Shown here piece after piece: positions 46,191 to 59,199 of a stretch of 64,000 bases of DNA. Every line of letters begins with the position of its first letter. The stretch's first letter is position 1. The notes under the pieces were generated by a model, which searched no databases, was not told the DNA's origin, and saw only the letters and a program-made list of their open reading frames with translations. The position numbers and the translations under genes are program-made. Source of the stretch: Camelus dromedarius (taxonomy: Eukaryota); assembly GCF_036321535.1 (NCBI RefSeq), contig NC_087436.1, positions 122,576,001 through 122,640,000 on the forward strand, read 5' to 3'.

Positions 46191-49100
46191 GGAGGAGGAG
46201 GCAGCCCCCACCTGCCAGCCACGGTGCCAGGGCCTCTGCCCACGAGCTGGTTTCCCAGGCAGCGGGCCCACCGTCCTGTGCTGGGCCCGCTGACCCCCAC
46301 CTCCTCCCCACATCCCAGACCTGCCCGCCCTCTCTGACACGGTGCCTGGAGCCTGCCCTCGCTGCTCTGGGATTGCCCCCCCCGCCCCCAGCTCTTCCTG
46401 CCGGCTGGGGCTTCGTTACCCTGGGCTTTCCTACACCTGAGGCCTCTGCCTGGCTGAGTCGGTGTCCTGGGGCACCATACCCCATTTTCAGGGCAAATCT
46501 TGCAAGTCAGCTCCTCTTTGGAGCCCTTCTGACCCCAGCTGGCCCCCTTGAGCCCACAGACACATGTTCCAGCCACTGCCCAGGCTGTGGCGTGTAGCTT
46601 GTCAGTCCAACAATCCTGAGGCCCAGGAGGGCGGCCAGTTCCCACCCCTATTATATGGGTGAGGGTGGTGCCTGGGAACCGCCCAGGCTAGAACCCAACC
46701 GGCACCCGGCTCAGAAGCCCATCCTGACCCCAGCAGCCAGCCTCCTCCTGCTCCACTTGGGACCCCCAGGCTTCCCAGTCTGCTGCCCCTCTGTCTTCCC
46801 ATGTGAGCACCCCTGGGGGAGAAGGTTGGGCCTGAAGTCTCTCTGTGAGCAGAGGCATGTCTCGAGTGCCCGCCATCGGTCAGCACCCAAAGTGGGCTCC
46901 AGGCCCTGCCCCCCCTGCGCAGTTGAGGCTGCCGGGGCCTTGGGGGTGTGTTCTGGGGCCGTGCCGGCCCAGAGTGGAGCAGCCAGGCCCAGCCAGGCTT
47001 CCCAGGGGATGGAGCCACGAGGGCCTCGGCTTCTGGGGGGGACAGAGAGGGCCTTTAGCCAGGGAGCTGCCTCAGCCCCAGAAGCCAGCCCTGCTCCCGT
47101 GGATGGTCACCCGCGGTGTAGAGAACGCTCTGGCCGTCTTTGAAAGCTCTAGGGGCGTTTTAACTAAAACTACTTCATTTGATTAACTGAGGGGAGAGGG
47201 AGGCTTGACACCTCTCAGGGGTGTCCATCAGTTTTGCGGGGACGGGGCGGTGAGCGCTACACCAGAGGGCATCGGGCACGCAGCCATTGCCTCCCCAGAA
47301 AGGATTTTTCTCTGGAGGCGACAGAGGAGGTTCATCATGTTGCACACGGAAGTGCATGGCATTTACATATTTTGTAGCAGGAGGGAGAGGGTGGAGGTGG
47401 GTCCTGGCCTGTGAGGCCACTGCCAGGTAGGTGCCCAGACATGTCTAATTGCAGTGGCTGAACCTGTGGGTCCAGGCCAGCATCCTGGGGCCCAGGCTGG
47501 AGAAACAGAATGAAAAGGGGGATTTTGCCCTGAAATTTGAACTGCAGGCTCCCTTCTCCCAGCAGTGACTCCCCGGCTCCCTGTGGCTCGGAGGTCAGGC
47601 CCTGGGACACAGCAGCCTCTCCCCCTGCTCCCCCACCAGGCCCTGCTGGACCTCATGCACAGACACGGGCTGGAGGGCTATGTCTCCATGCAGGGAGGGC
47701 TGCCCAAAGGTGGAGGGGTCCCCATTCCTGGGGGACAGTAGGAGGGGCCCAGAGCAGGGGGGGCCACAGAGCAACCAGAAGCCCCTGGGCCTCATCCTTA
47801 TGCTGACCCAGCTGGGCATCCGGCCAGACCCCAGGCAGGGGCCTGGGGCCCCCTCCAGCCACTCTGTGCATGGCTGCCACCCCAGAGGGCAGGGACTTGG
47901 AAGGGAAAGGGCCAGGGAGGACAAAGGTCAGGGAGGTCAGAGGCCAAGGAGGGCAGAAGTCTGGGAGGGCAGAGGTAAGAAGGCTCCTGCCCATCCCCTA
48001 AAAACCAAAAGTCATTGCCCTGCTCCAAATGTGGAGCCTGACTGGGCCAAGTCAAGGAGGGAACAAGGCCCTGGTCAGGGGATTGGCTGGACCATGCACG
48101 TGACCTCAGCTGGCCCAATCAGATGCAGCAGGAGGCCGGTGGGGGACCAGGCCACCTGTCTGGTCAGGCGTCCAGAGGGGTCAGGAAGGGGGCAGGTGGG
48201 GTCCCAGGCAGGCCCAACTTCGGGCAGTGGCCCCAGGACTCTGGAGGGACGCAAGAGTCTGAAGAGGGTTGGCAGGTGTCCCTCTGTGGTGGGTGGGGAT
48301 GGGAGCAGGCAGAAGGTACCACCTGGGGGCAGCAGGGAGGCTACAGGGAGACTCCACTGACCAGGCTGGGTGAGGGACAGGGCGTCAGCTGCCTCCAGCT
48401 GCCCAGGGCCGTGGTCAAGGGTCCAGGCCCCCCACCCACCCCCGCCAGGAGTTGACTCAGCCGTGTGGAGTGAGAGCGGAAGCCTGGCGAGCTCGGACCA
48501 GGGCCAGGGACAGGGCTCTCTGGCCACGTGCGATTGCGGTGGGGAGGCTGGGCCCTTGAGGCACACCGGAGAAAAGTGTTCCCAGACACAGTCCCCGAGG
48601 CGGGCTTTGGTGTGACGTTCACGCTGCCTATGAGGTATCAATCTTCACTTCCTCCAAGACAAATGCCTCATCAGGCCGGGTGCCCGGACACCTATTTATC
48701 ACCATTTAATATATATTAAAGTGCTCTCACCTCTGATTGCGAAAACAAACAAAAAGCTGCATCAACCCTGGGGCAGCAACAGGCAGAAGGCAGACGGGGT
48801 ATGAGCAGGCTGCAGGGCCCCCCTCTCTGCCCTGGCAGAGCCCCAGGGACCCAAGCCAGGCCAGCTCTCCCTGACTGTCCTTCATCACAGTCATCCCAGA
48901 ACAGAGGAGGAAACAGAGGGGCCCATGCCAGCAAGGGTCCCACCCCCAGGGCCCCACTCTGGGCAGATCTCAGCCCAGGGCACTCGCCTGGCCAGCCTGG
49001 TGCTACGTGCTGAGGCCATCTCAGCCCGGGTGGTACAGGGGTTAGGGAACCCCAGTGGAGGCGAGCTCCTGGCTCTGCTCCGAACACACAGCCCAGGAAG

Positions 49101-49664
49101 GGAGCCTGGCCCTGCCTCCCCTCCCAGGGGCCCTGTGGCCTCCAGGTCAGGAGACGGATGGAGGTCCAGCTGGAGAGAGCTGTGCCCTGGGCCTCTGTCA
49201 GGTATTCGCAGGGAAGACTCTTTCCTCGGGAGAAGTGGACTCCCTTCCAGGGGAACACGGAAGTAATCCAAGCATACACTGCAGCTGGAGACAGCGAGGA
49301 GTGGACAGACCCTTCCTGCCAGCACAAGGGCCGCTGTTGACTTCTTAGTGTGGCCGAGAAAGACGGATGCTGTAAGGAGACCAACCCCAGAGCCAGGAGC
49401 CTCAGGCACAGCGCAGCCCCGCTCTGTAGAGGAAGAGACCCCAGGACCAACGGGTTTGTGCAGCTGCTGTCCCCACTCCCCGCTGGGGACCCCACCCGGC
49501 CCCAGCCCTGCCCTCTCTCTGCTCCGCCTCCATCACCCCTCCCTCAGCTGCCATAGTCCTTCCCATCCCATAATAAGCCCGGCCCCTGGGGGTGGAGCCC
49601 CTGTGGTCGCCCCCAGCAGTGGGGGCTGTGGGCGCCGCAGTGGGAGGGAGGGGCGCGGGCGCGG

Positions 49665-49835
49665 GCCACTAAATCAGTCCACGCCTGTCACCAGCTCGGG
49701 GCCGCGGGAGCCGCCCGAGCGGAAATAACAAATGGCTGTCATTGTGGAGCCAAAACCTGTGATTATAATTATCACATCCTCGGTGACCTTGCGTAAACTT
49801 TAATCCCTCTCCAATGGAGCATTTAAATAGCCTTC
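49665..49835. promoter_or_regulatory. Candidate enhancer in CpG-rich context
   Basis: CTAAATCA, CTGTCA x2, CATTGT, the inverted repeat TGTGAT-tataatt-ATCACA, CGTAAA, TTAATCC, ATTTAAATAG. Confidence 0.5.
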
Positions 49836-50339
49836 GCTGCGCACCGTGGAGCCCCAGCCCGCCCGCCGTGCCCCCAGCCCTGGCAGCTCCCTGGGGGCAG
49901 GGGCGTCTCTGGAACCAAGAGCCTCCTGGGGGCGCCGAGTGGGGCTGCCTGAGACCCACCCCGCTCCCCAGCTGGGGAGGGGCCCCCATCACTCCATTTC
50001 ACAGTGGCTGGCACGGGGATGTCCGGCGGCTATCAGGGATGAGGGGGCTGGGCGCCAGTCCAGGGCCCAGAGTTATCCTCTGTCCTGAGACCCTTGGGGT
50101 GGGGACTTGGCCGTGACTGTGGGGCCTGGGGTGCGGCCCCTCAGACCAGGGCTCCATGCGAGGGCCTCCAACACTAGCTCTGCCGACATGGGGAAAAGCT
50201 TGGGGGCCAGGGTCGGGGGAGAGGGGAGCCCACGGAGGTTGCAGGTGTGGGAGGCAAGAGTCAGGAGCAGAGGCCGGCCATCCCGACCCCTGTCCCCACC
50301 CTTCTCCTGACTGGTGACAGCGGTGGGAGCAGCAGCTCG

Positions 50340-50480
50340 AGTGGGTGAGCTCACATGCGCACGCGCTCATACACTGCACGCCTGTGTGTGTGAACACGTG
50401 AACGCAGACGTGGGAGCAGCACACAGGAGCACGTGGGGCGCATACACGAACACACGTGCACCCCATCTGCACACTCGGTC
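50340..50480. repeat. Degenerate (CA/TG) low-complexity tract
   Basis: cacatgcgcacgcgc...tgtgtgtgaacacgtg...acacacgtgca. Confidence 0.6.
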
Positions 50481-51999
50481 ATGCTGCGTGGGGGCCCGGG
50501 ACTGAGGCTGAGAAGCCCCAGACGAGGAGGCGGTCAGGAGGAGAGCGTGCTCTTCAGTCGTAGAAGGAGCGCGTGGCCAGCCAGGGCGGGTCCCAGGAGT
50601 CAGAGGCCATGGGGTGGGAGGTCCCTGGGGCGTGGCAGAGGAGGTCTTGGGGGCCAGGCCTGAGCCGAGAGCTCCCAGGACAGGGTGGCCTGCAGGGTGG
50701 AGGCAGCAGGAGTGGAGACACACTTCCCGGGAGGCCAGGTGGATAGCAGTGGGGAGAGGGGGCTGCTGGGGGGGTCTGTCTCTCTCCAAACAAACCAGGA
50801 TGGAGCACCCGCAGGCCCGGCACAGAGAAGGAAGCTGTGGCTTGGGGAGTGAGGTGTCCCCAGCTGGGGATCGGGGTGGGCCCCCACCCTACATGTAAGG
50901 CTGTAAGGTGGCTGGAGAGCCAGACTCAGAGCTCAGACCAAGGCTGCCGGCCCTCCAACTGTGGAGGCCCGAGGGGCTGCATAGTCGCCAGAGGGCTTTG
51001 GGCCACAAGGCTACACACCTTCCCAGGGGCTTGGCCAGCCGCCCGGGTGGGTAGGGCTGTTGCTGCTCAGAGAAGGGCGCCGCCCTGGGCTCCCCTACCC
51101 TCAGCCTGGCCTCAGTCTCCCCATCAGCCGTAGGTGAGGGCGGGACAGAAGGCCAGGGCTGCAGCAGCAGCAGCAGGGATGCGCCCGTGGTCCAGGGCCA
51201 GGACCTCAATTACCGCCAGCAGATGCAGAAATGTCAGTGGTGCCTCCTGCGCCCTGGCCGCTGAGTTTGGGTCTGAAGCTGTGGCAGCTTTGGCCTGGAA
51301 TGAGTCTCTCGGAAATCACATAATTGCCGGCTGCCACGCAGTCACCCTTGACAGGCTGTCCCCACCTCTCTTGAGTGATACGTGACCCTCGGCCTCCAGG
51401 CACCCCCCCCCCATGGGACCCCTCACCCTGGGCAGCAGGGCCACGGGGCAGACTTCTTCTCTTAGCCTGGAGATGGGGCACAGTAGGGGCTCACTGCCAG
51501 ATAGCTCTTCTACAGCCCCCCAGACGGTCTGGCGTCCTCTGAAACTTCTGCAGAGAGACCAGGGCGGGGAGACAGGAGGGAGACTTGCAGGGGGAGCACG
51601 GACCTCCGCGAAGAGCAGTGGCGGGAGAACAGGTGAGGGATGAGGAGGCGAGCACCGGAGAGTGACAGTCCAGGACTGCACCTGCAGAGCCAGCACGGGG
51701 GTCCTGAGGGTCCAGATCGGGGCTGTGTCCCCACTCTCACAGTCTGCCCCTGTTCCTCAGGGCGCCACCCAATGCACACCCTCCTCTGCCTGTGACCAAA
51801 GCTCAGGAGGGCCAGTGACCCACACACCCTCTCAGGGGCCTCCACCCGGTCCAGGCTGCCGAGTCAGGTGTGGTCCGCGGGCTGTCCAGCAGTGGGTGAG
51901 GATGGAGGAGGCCCTGACACAGTTGTGCGGCCCAAACCACAGGCTTGGGGGGCCCGGGACAGCCCAGCTTGCTCGGACACGGGCTATCTGTTCTTCCAT

Positions 52000-52860
52000 C
52001 TGCTCACCCATCCAACCCGCAGTGTAGTCACGCATCCATCCTCTCAGCCCTCCTCCACTTGTCCGTTCAAGCACAGAGTTATCCATCCCTCCAACCCTGG
52101 TCCATCAACTCCTCCATGCACCCATCCATGCACACATCCAGCCATCAAGCCCGTCCGTCTCCATATGTCTATCCATCCATCCACCAGCTGTCTGTCAATC
52201 CATCAACCTACCTTTGCTTCTGTGTTTCCATCAGTCATTTGACACATTTGTGTGAGAGTCTGTGCCAAAGAGCTGATGCCAGCCTCCCCGAAACACAGGG
52301 AGTCCTCCTGCATGCATGAGGGAGCAGGTGTGCAGATGGCTGTGCAGGTAGGAAGGTAAGAGGAGGGCGCTCTTGTTTCGACTGTCCTACTCTGTTGGGG
52401 GGTGGGGACATCAGGTCAGCTGTTAAGGAGTAAAAGGGGGTGTTGGCAGCTTGAGGAGAGAAGAGAATGGGAGGCGAGTGTACCAGAAAGAAGAGTTTGT
52501 GGGTGGGAAACAGAAATGGACTTGGGTTGCCCCGAGCGCCCCCCTGAGGCTGTGGTCACATGTACAAAATGGTCAGCACAGTGGTGTGTTGGTGGACAGC
52601 GGGGCTCAGCTGCTCAGGTGCATTCACACGTCACCCACTGGCCATTCATCCATCCATCTGCCCACTCTGCCTTTTTCTCATCCTCCCATCCACTCTCCCT
52701 CACATTCTCCATCCATCCACCCATCGTCCACCGAACGGCTCTTCTATCCATCACACACGCCTCATCCGTCCCCCCTTCCAGGGAGCGGTGCAAGGGACAG
52801 AACATTGCTCCTGCCCTCACAGAGGCTTGAAGTCCAGGGTGAGCCGAGGGCACAGTGAGT
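52000..52860 (-). mobile_element. L2 3'-end relics with expanded (CCAT)n-like tails (two pieces, ~52000-52450 and ~52620-52860)
   Basis: catccatcca arrays followed by cagtcatttgacacatttgtgtgag..tgtgcca and by gacagaacattgctcctgccctcacagaggctt..agtccag, typical of antisense L2 termini. Confidence 0.55.
52337..52415 (+). repeat. Dispersed ~80-bp direct repeat, copy 1
   Basis: 71/80 identical by manual alignment to 54350-54429. Confidence 0.9.
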
Positions 52861-54349
52861 GAGCACGGAGCGGCGATGCCTGGGGTTGCTGGGAGAGGCA
52901 ACACTCTGTCCTTCTTGGTCGCTTGAGGCCCGAGTCCTTCTCTTACCTCTCAGCTCAGGCAGGCTGTGGGCTGGGCAGCGGGGGCCCCTTCCTTCTTCCC
53001 ACCCCCACCCTCCCGGTGATTCCGTCCTTCCAGATGAAGCTCGACCCAGACCTGCACATCCTGTAATCTACAAAAAGGCAAGACAACACAAAAACCCTTG
53101 TGACTTCCCGTGACTCCAGACTTTCCTGCCCGCTGTAGGGTGCAGGCAGAGCAGGGCAGGCCGCGGCCCGGGGGTCACCCCAGCAGCCCACACTGACAGA
53201 GTTGCTGGCCCTTGGGGGCATGAGTCACCTGGCCGCCCCGCTGGGCTGCCTCTGGCCCCACGGAAGATGCAGCCACCCCCAGAGGAGAAACCTCGCTGCG
53301 GGGGCCCTGGCACGAAGCCGGCCGGGCAGCCCATGCAGCCAGCTGTTGACTGGACACGCCAGCCCCAGCCGGCCGGGGGCACGCCTTGGTGGGCAGAGGC
53401 GGGGGGGCTGTGGGCCAGGGGTCTGCCTGGAAGCCACAGTGTGGCCCCCGGGGCTGGGGCTCAGGCTGGAGCCTGCTGGGCAGGTGATGGCGGTCAACAC
53501 CGCTCTCGTCCAGGCAGGGGGGCCTGGCCTCACTCTCACCCTGCTGGGTAAGTAAAAACAGGCTGGGGCGGGGGGGGGGCTTCCCAAACCGCTCGGGATC
53601 ACACAGCTCCCTCCACCCTGACTTGGAGGCCTCACTGAGCCCCTGGCCCCCCTGGGACCACCGCCCACACGGCCCCGGCCTCTCTCTGAAGACTCTCTTC
53701 ACCCCGGGTGCCCTTGAAAACCAGAGGCGTCCCGAGTGATCAGGAGGAGGGAGTGTGCTCGGGTGAATTTCATGCTCTTTGAAATGACATTTGTCCGCTA
53801 CCAGGCTCAGCCCAGGCATGCGCTGGCCCTCCCCGCCCACAATAACCTAAAACCCGAAAAACTCCGTCACTCCCTCTTCCGTCTTAGAAACGCGCCATGT
53901 CTCACCCTCGCCACGCCCCTTCTTCCTTGCCACTTCCCTCCAGGGAGGAGGCAGGACCCCAAGTGCTCAGGCCGCGCCTCCGTCCGCCACAGGCACACGA
54001 ACTGGAGTGGAGGCTCCGGAGGAGGATTCTGGGGGAGACAACCTGGTGCCACACACCTGCCCTCCCCCCAGCCCTCAGTCTCTGAGTCACTCGCAGGACG
54101 TCTGGTGGCTCGTCCCCTACCCTCCCAAACTGCGCAGTTGTGGACCCCAGGGCACCCCGTCAGACCGCAGGAGCAGAGGGACAGCTGGGGATCGGAGGGC
54201 ACAGCGGGGGCCAGCCAGCCAGCTGTCAGCTGGGCGGCCGTGAGGGTCCCTGGCCGCCGCTCCCCGCACCGTTCTGGGCCGTCCCTCACTCTTCCAGCCC
54301 CAGCAGGGAGCAGCAGGGCCGACTAAGCCGCCAGCAGGCCCTTTGCTGT

Positions 54350-54429
54350 TGGCTGTGCAGGTGGGGAGGTAAGAGGAGGGAGCTCTTGTTTCGACTGTCC
54401 TGCTCTATCGAGGGGACGGGGACATCAGG
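54350..54429 (+). repeat. Dispersed ~80-bp direct repeat, copy 2
   Basis: tggctgtgcaggt.gg.aggtaagaggaggg.gctcttgtttcgactgtcct.ctct...ggggacatcagg is shared with 52337-52415. Confidence 0.9.
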
Positions 54430-55383
54430 GGGCCCTTTGCTGATGCTGCTGGGCTTCCACTCAGAGCTTGGGGCCACCCTCAGCCCAGGGCATGGCAGAG
54501 GGCAAGGCCGCAGAGCTCTGTGCTGTGGGCTGGGGACCTCAAATGCGTTTTCCCACAACACACAGAGCAAGCTGGTAGCCGGTACCCCCTCCTCACCTGT
54601 CCGTTCAGCTCTCGTGGGCTGAGTGCCCCCAGGCTGGGGCTGGGCCGGGAGGCCCCACCTGGTGCCCCTGGCAACTGACCTCACCAGGCGGGAAGGGCTA
54701 GGTGGGCATCCAGAGGGCTCACAGACAGGAGGAGCTATTTCCCCCTGAACCCAGGCCAAGGGCATGAAATGCTCCACTGCCTGCCTTACCCACTGCACCT
54801 GCCCCTCACTCTGGGCCTGGGTGACCCTGGGAACACAGGTGAACCAGGCCCCCGCAGGTTGGACCTCGGCCGGCTGGCCTCCCGCGGCCCTGACTGCACC
54901 ACGGGGCCTCACAGTGGCCACTCAGCTCAGCCGCACAGGACTCCCGTGGGGCGCAGGCCCTGCTGGTTGGGCCACCTCCTGGCCAGATCCCTGGCAGTCC
55001 TGGGGCCGCCTGGGCCCCATGCCCTGAGAACTGGGGCATCAGGAGAGCTGAGTGTCTCTAGACCTTAGGCAGCCCTGACACCAGCGGGGAGGGCTGTGTC
55101 GGGGTGGGGGGCCTGCAGTCAGGTCTCCTGGCTCCCAGACCCCTCCTTGTCGTCGGCCAGGCCTTCCCACCCAGGCTGGTCTGCCTGCGAGACCGCTCAG
55201 GAAGAGCCAGCCCTGGCTGTGTCTGTGGGCAGTTCGGCCCCCAGAGGAGCCAGGAATGGGAGCAGGAGGGGCCGAGCTGCCTTTGCCGGGGTCTCTCCCC
55301 AGTGCACCAAAGGTAACTTCTAGAAGCCCACACTACCTCAGGGGCTGCAGGGACGGCGGGCCCACTGGGTTTCGGCCCCGTCA

Positions 55384-55490
55384 GCACACACATGCACACA
55401 CGTGGTCATGTGCATACACACGCACACCAAGCACCCAAACACCACATGTGTTCACAGGTAGGCACACATACGTGTGAACACACGTACCGC
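55384..55490. repeat. Degenerate (CA)n tract
   Basis: gcacacacatgcacacacgtgg...gcatacacacgcacac. Confidence 0.75.
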
Positions 55491-58400
55491 TGCTCCCTTC
55501 CCAGGATTCCTCCTCTGAGAGGTGGTTCTCCCAGGCCTTTGCTGGACGGAGCCGCTTGGGGGAGCTCCCTGCCCCAGACACTGCCCTTCCCCAAGGCAGG
55601 TGCCTTCTGAGGACCCAGGACCCAGCACCCAGCCCCACACGGCTCTGCCGGTGGTCACTCCTGCCACCCTGCCCGCACACCTTGGAGTGTGATGGGGAAC
55701 CAGCCCGTGGGAATCCTCGACCCCCTCTGACCTCGGGGGTGGAAGGGTTGATCAGGTCGGGGTTCACATACGGGCAGGTCCAGGCCCAACACTTCGTGCT
55801 ATTACCTCCTTGGTAACAGGGCTCTGCGAGGTGTGGCTGTGTGCATTTTACAGATGTGGACACAACTTGGAGCATGCGTCTGCACTTCCCAGGTCGTGTC
55901 CTCAGCCCCCAGGCCCTCCCAGGTGCCCTGACTACTGCGCCCCTGAAGGCGTGGCGGCCCCTCCCCCAACCCCGGCCAAGCATGGCTGGACGCTAGACCC
56001 CGGGGGGCTACCTGCTGCCCCCTCTGGATGGCGAACTGGGCGAAGCTGAGTCCCCGCTCCGCCCACCCTACTCCCGTCCTGGGGGGCAGCTGCTCGCTGA
56101 CCATCACGTCATTCTCGGGCCTCAGTCCTGGGCCTGCCAAGAGCAAGCCTGTGCTCCATGGAGAGGGTCAGAGGCATCTTGTGCAGGGGGCTCTGTCAGT
56201 GGGACCCCAGTCATGCCTCCTCCCTGGAGACAGCCCTCAAGCCCTCAGCTGCCCCAGGGGCGCAGCAGCCTCTGGGGTCACCTGTGCTGTGCCGGGAGGA
56301 GTGGGGTCTCCCCGGGAATGTGAGCTCTGGGCGGGTCACATCAGACAAGGTGGGCACGCCACCTGCTGACACATGAACCAGGCTGTCGCCCGAAGCCCTG
56401 GGGAGCCAGTGAGCGGAAGAGGCTGAAGGTGGGGGTAGGGGTCTGGCTCCCCTGCTGCCCCCTCGGGAAGCACTCGAGCCCTCTGACCTGGGCCCCCGGA
56501 TGCCCCGCTCCCCATGGGCATCGTCACCGTTTGCCAGGGTCGGGCCATCATTGGCAGTCTCGTACCCCCAACCTCAGGGCGGTCGTCTCCGGAGCAGAAG
56601 CCCCCATCCTGTGCCCCGGCCAGCCCATGGCTCGGTCCACCCACACTGTGGGAGGCGATGGAGGGGTGGGAGCCTCGTGCCGCTCGCTCCAGGACGCCTC
56701 TCGGCCCATCTCCGGGGGCATGCAGAGCTGCTGTCACCCTGGTGGGGGTCTGCAGGGCCCCCAGGGCCTGGGCCTGGTCCTCGCCCTTGGCCTGACTCGG
56801 CACTTTTCCCTGGTGCTGGACACTGAAGTAGAGCAACCCCTCTCCCAGCTGCCCTTCCCTGAGGCTCTGTCCCTGCAGGGCCCCCAGCCCTCATGCCTCC
56901 TTTTCATCACCCCCTTGAGGGCGAAGATCCTGCCCACCTTCCCTGTAGCCTAGCAACATAAATGAGGCCTTGGTCCTGGCCAGATAGCACACAGCAAGTG
57001 CCCACCTGCACGGGCCAGGGGTCCGGGGCGGGAGGAGCCATTCCTTGTGCCCTGTGCCCCTCCCTGACTTCCTCATCCCGCAGAGCCCCCAGCCTTCTGG
57101 GATTTGGGCAGACCGCCCTCTCTGGGGTCCAGTCCTCTCAGTGTGGCCGGGCCTTCACCGTTAGGTGGTGAAGCATCCCAGCTCCCCCAACCCCAGCTTG
57201 CACAGGCGTTGTCTCGGGTGGGGCGGTGGGCCGACTGGCCGGCAGAGTCCAGGAGAACCGGCACTAGTGGGGTCAGCGGGACTGGACTGAGGCCCCTCAG
57301 GGACCCCACCCTTATAGGCCCTGGTGCCAGGGGTGGAGGGACAAGGGTGGAGCAGGCCCGGGGCAAGAGCCTGCAAGGGGAGGAGGGCAGGTCACACACA
57401 AGACGAGGATCCAGGAGCCCCCAGCAGTCAGCACCGCCGGCCGTCGCCCTCAAGGAAGCATCATCCGACACAAAACACACCTCCTGATAAGGCTGCCTCT
57501 CCCAGCCCGATGCCCTCTGCAGATGCAACGCGGCTCCGACTCGCCGGCTGGGAAGCGAGAGGGCCCGTCTCAGGAAGGGCCCAGCCAAGCCCGGCGGGCG
57601 CCACACGTGCCCATGGCCTCCACAGAACCCGGCGACAGCGGCCACTACAGTAACGAGCCTGTGGAGTGGGTATTCAGGCCCCAGAGCTAATTCTGTCTCC
57701 ATCTCTGCCTCTCCTGCCTGCTCATGAGGCAGAGACTTGGTAGGAGCTGGGCGTGGCCGAGACAGCCCCCTGGGGGGGTGGGGCACTTGGGGGCTGGGCT
57801 CTGGGGGCCGCATGATGGGAGCGGGACCCCATGACGTGGATGACCAGGTCTGGAGAGGGAGGCAGGGAGAAGAAAGGGGAGGGGTGAGTTCAGTTCTCAG
57901 CTCCCACAGGGACCCTCCACTGTCACTTCACCTGACTTCAGCGGGAGGCACCACGGAAGCCTGCCCTCCTACCCTCAGATGTGAGAGCCAGCACAGCCCG
58001 CCCCTCACCCCGCTCCTCACCCCCCGACCAGGCCGGGCACCTGGCTGGGCCAAGCACATTCCTGCTCCTGGGAATGGGCGGGGCCTTGGGCAGAGGAGCC
58101 ACGTCACAAGAGGAGAGCAAGAGGCCAGCATGGCCCCAGAGAGAAACAGGGGCACTGCCAGAGCTCCTGAGGTGTGAGTGACAGGGACCCTAACTCACAA
58201 GGCAGCAAGGGGACTCTGGCTCAAACAGCCAAGTGGGCCAAAGACACCTGCTTCAGGCAAAGTTTGATCCAGCAGCTCAAAAAGTGTCAGCAAGGAGCAG
58301 GTTTTCTCTGCACTTCAGGATGACTCAAGAGGCCTTTCTGAGGGAGGGCCAGGACTGTGAGTGGTCATGGAAGGGCCAAGGCAGTGAGGCCCAGCTCACA

Positions 58401-58749
58401 CCCTGGGCTGCTGGGGACAGAGATGGGCCCTCCAGGGGTGCAGAGGAGTGGGAAGAGGGGAATTCAGTTTGGATCACACTGGGTCCTGAGAGCAGAAGGC
58501 AGCTGAAATGAGCACTGGCCCCTGAAGATGGTGGGGAGGGGGCTGAAGAGGCTCACGGGAGGCCCCCATGATCCCTGGCTGAGCCTCCTTGTGCCCAGTT
58601 TGCGTGAGGCTGGGCACACCCAGATGGAGGGAGAGGCCGCCTCTGTGAGCCTGCAGGGGTCACAGCAGGCCTTCACTCCATGGCAAACCTCTGCAGGAGC
58701 AGGAGTCTAGGTGGCTGGTGGACAATGGGTCCCCGTCCCCCACGGCCAC

Positions 58750-58795
58750 TCAGCCTCACTGAGCCTCAGTTTCCCATCTGTAGGGGATGTGTCAG
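58750..58795 (+). mobile_element. MIR core fragment
   Basis: cctcactgagcctcagtttcccatctgtagggg. Confidence 0.55.
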
Positions 58796-59199
58796 TTCAG
58801 AACCTTAAGACAAATCACATGTGAGAGCTCCCTGGGGCCGTCAGGGGATCTGCACGAGCAGGTGAGGGCAGGTTGTGGCGTCCCAGCACCCGGCTGTGCT
58901 TGAGCAGGGGGACATCAGGTGGGTGGTGGCTCTGAGTGGGAAGGCTTTGCCTGGATCCCTGAGTAAGCCTAGCAAAGCACCAGGGCTTCAGCCTGCCCTC
59001 CGCTCCCCCTACATAGCCAGGGACACAGCCTCCCAGCAGCTGGACTGTGGTTCGCTCTGGCCACACGTGGCCACCTGGGCCCAGGGCCACAGGCCCATCT
59101 GTCCATTAAGGACCCCAGTGGTTGTCGGCGGGGGAGCCTCCCAACAGCTGTCTAGGGGAGCCGCTCCGCCCAGACCCTCACTTGGGAACTCGAGTGCCA

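Noticed and set aside
53055..53096. V(D)J recombination signal (perfect nonamer ACAAAAACC at 53088-53096)
   Set aside because: No CACAGTG-like heptamer at 12- or 23-bp spacing, and no V/J segments. The CACAGTG copies at 27596 and 27611 lack nonamers.
57860..58520. Additional L2 fragments (also ~8750-8830 and ~36900-37030)
   Set aside because: Only short motif-level resemblance; too diverged to call by eye.
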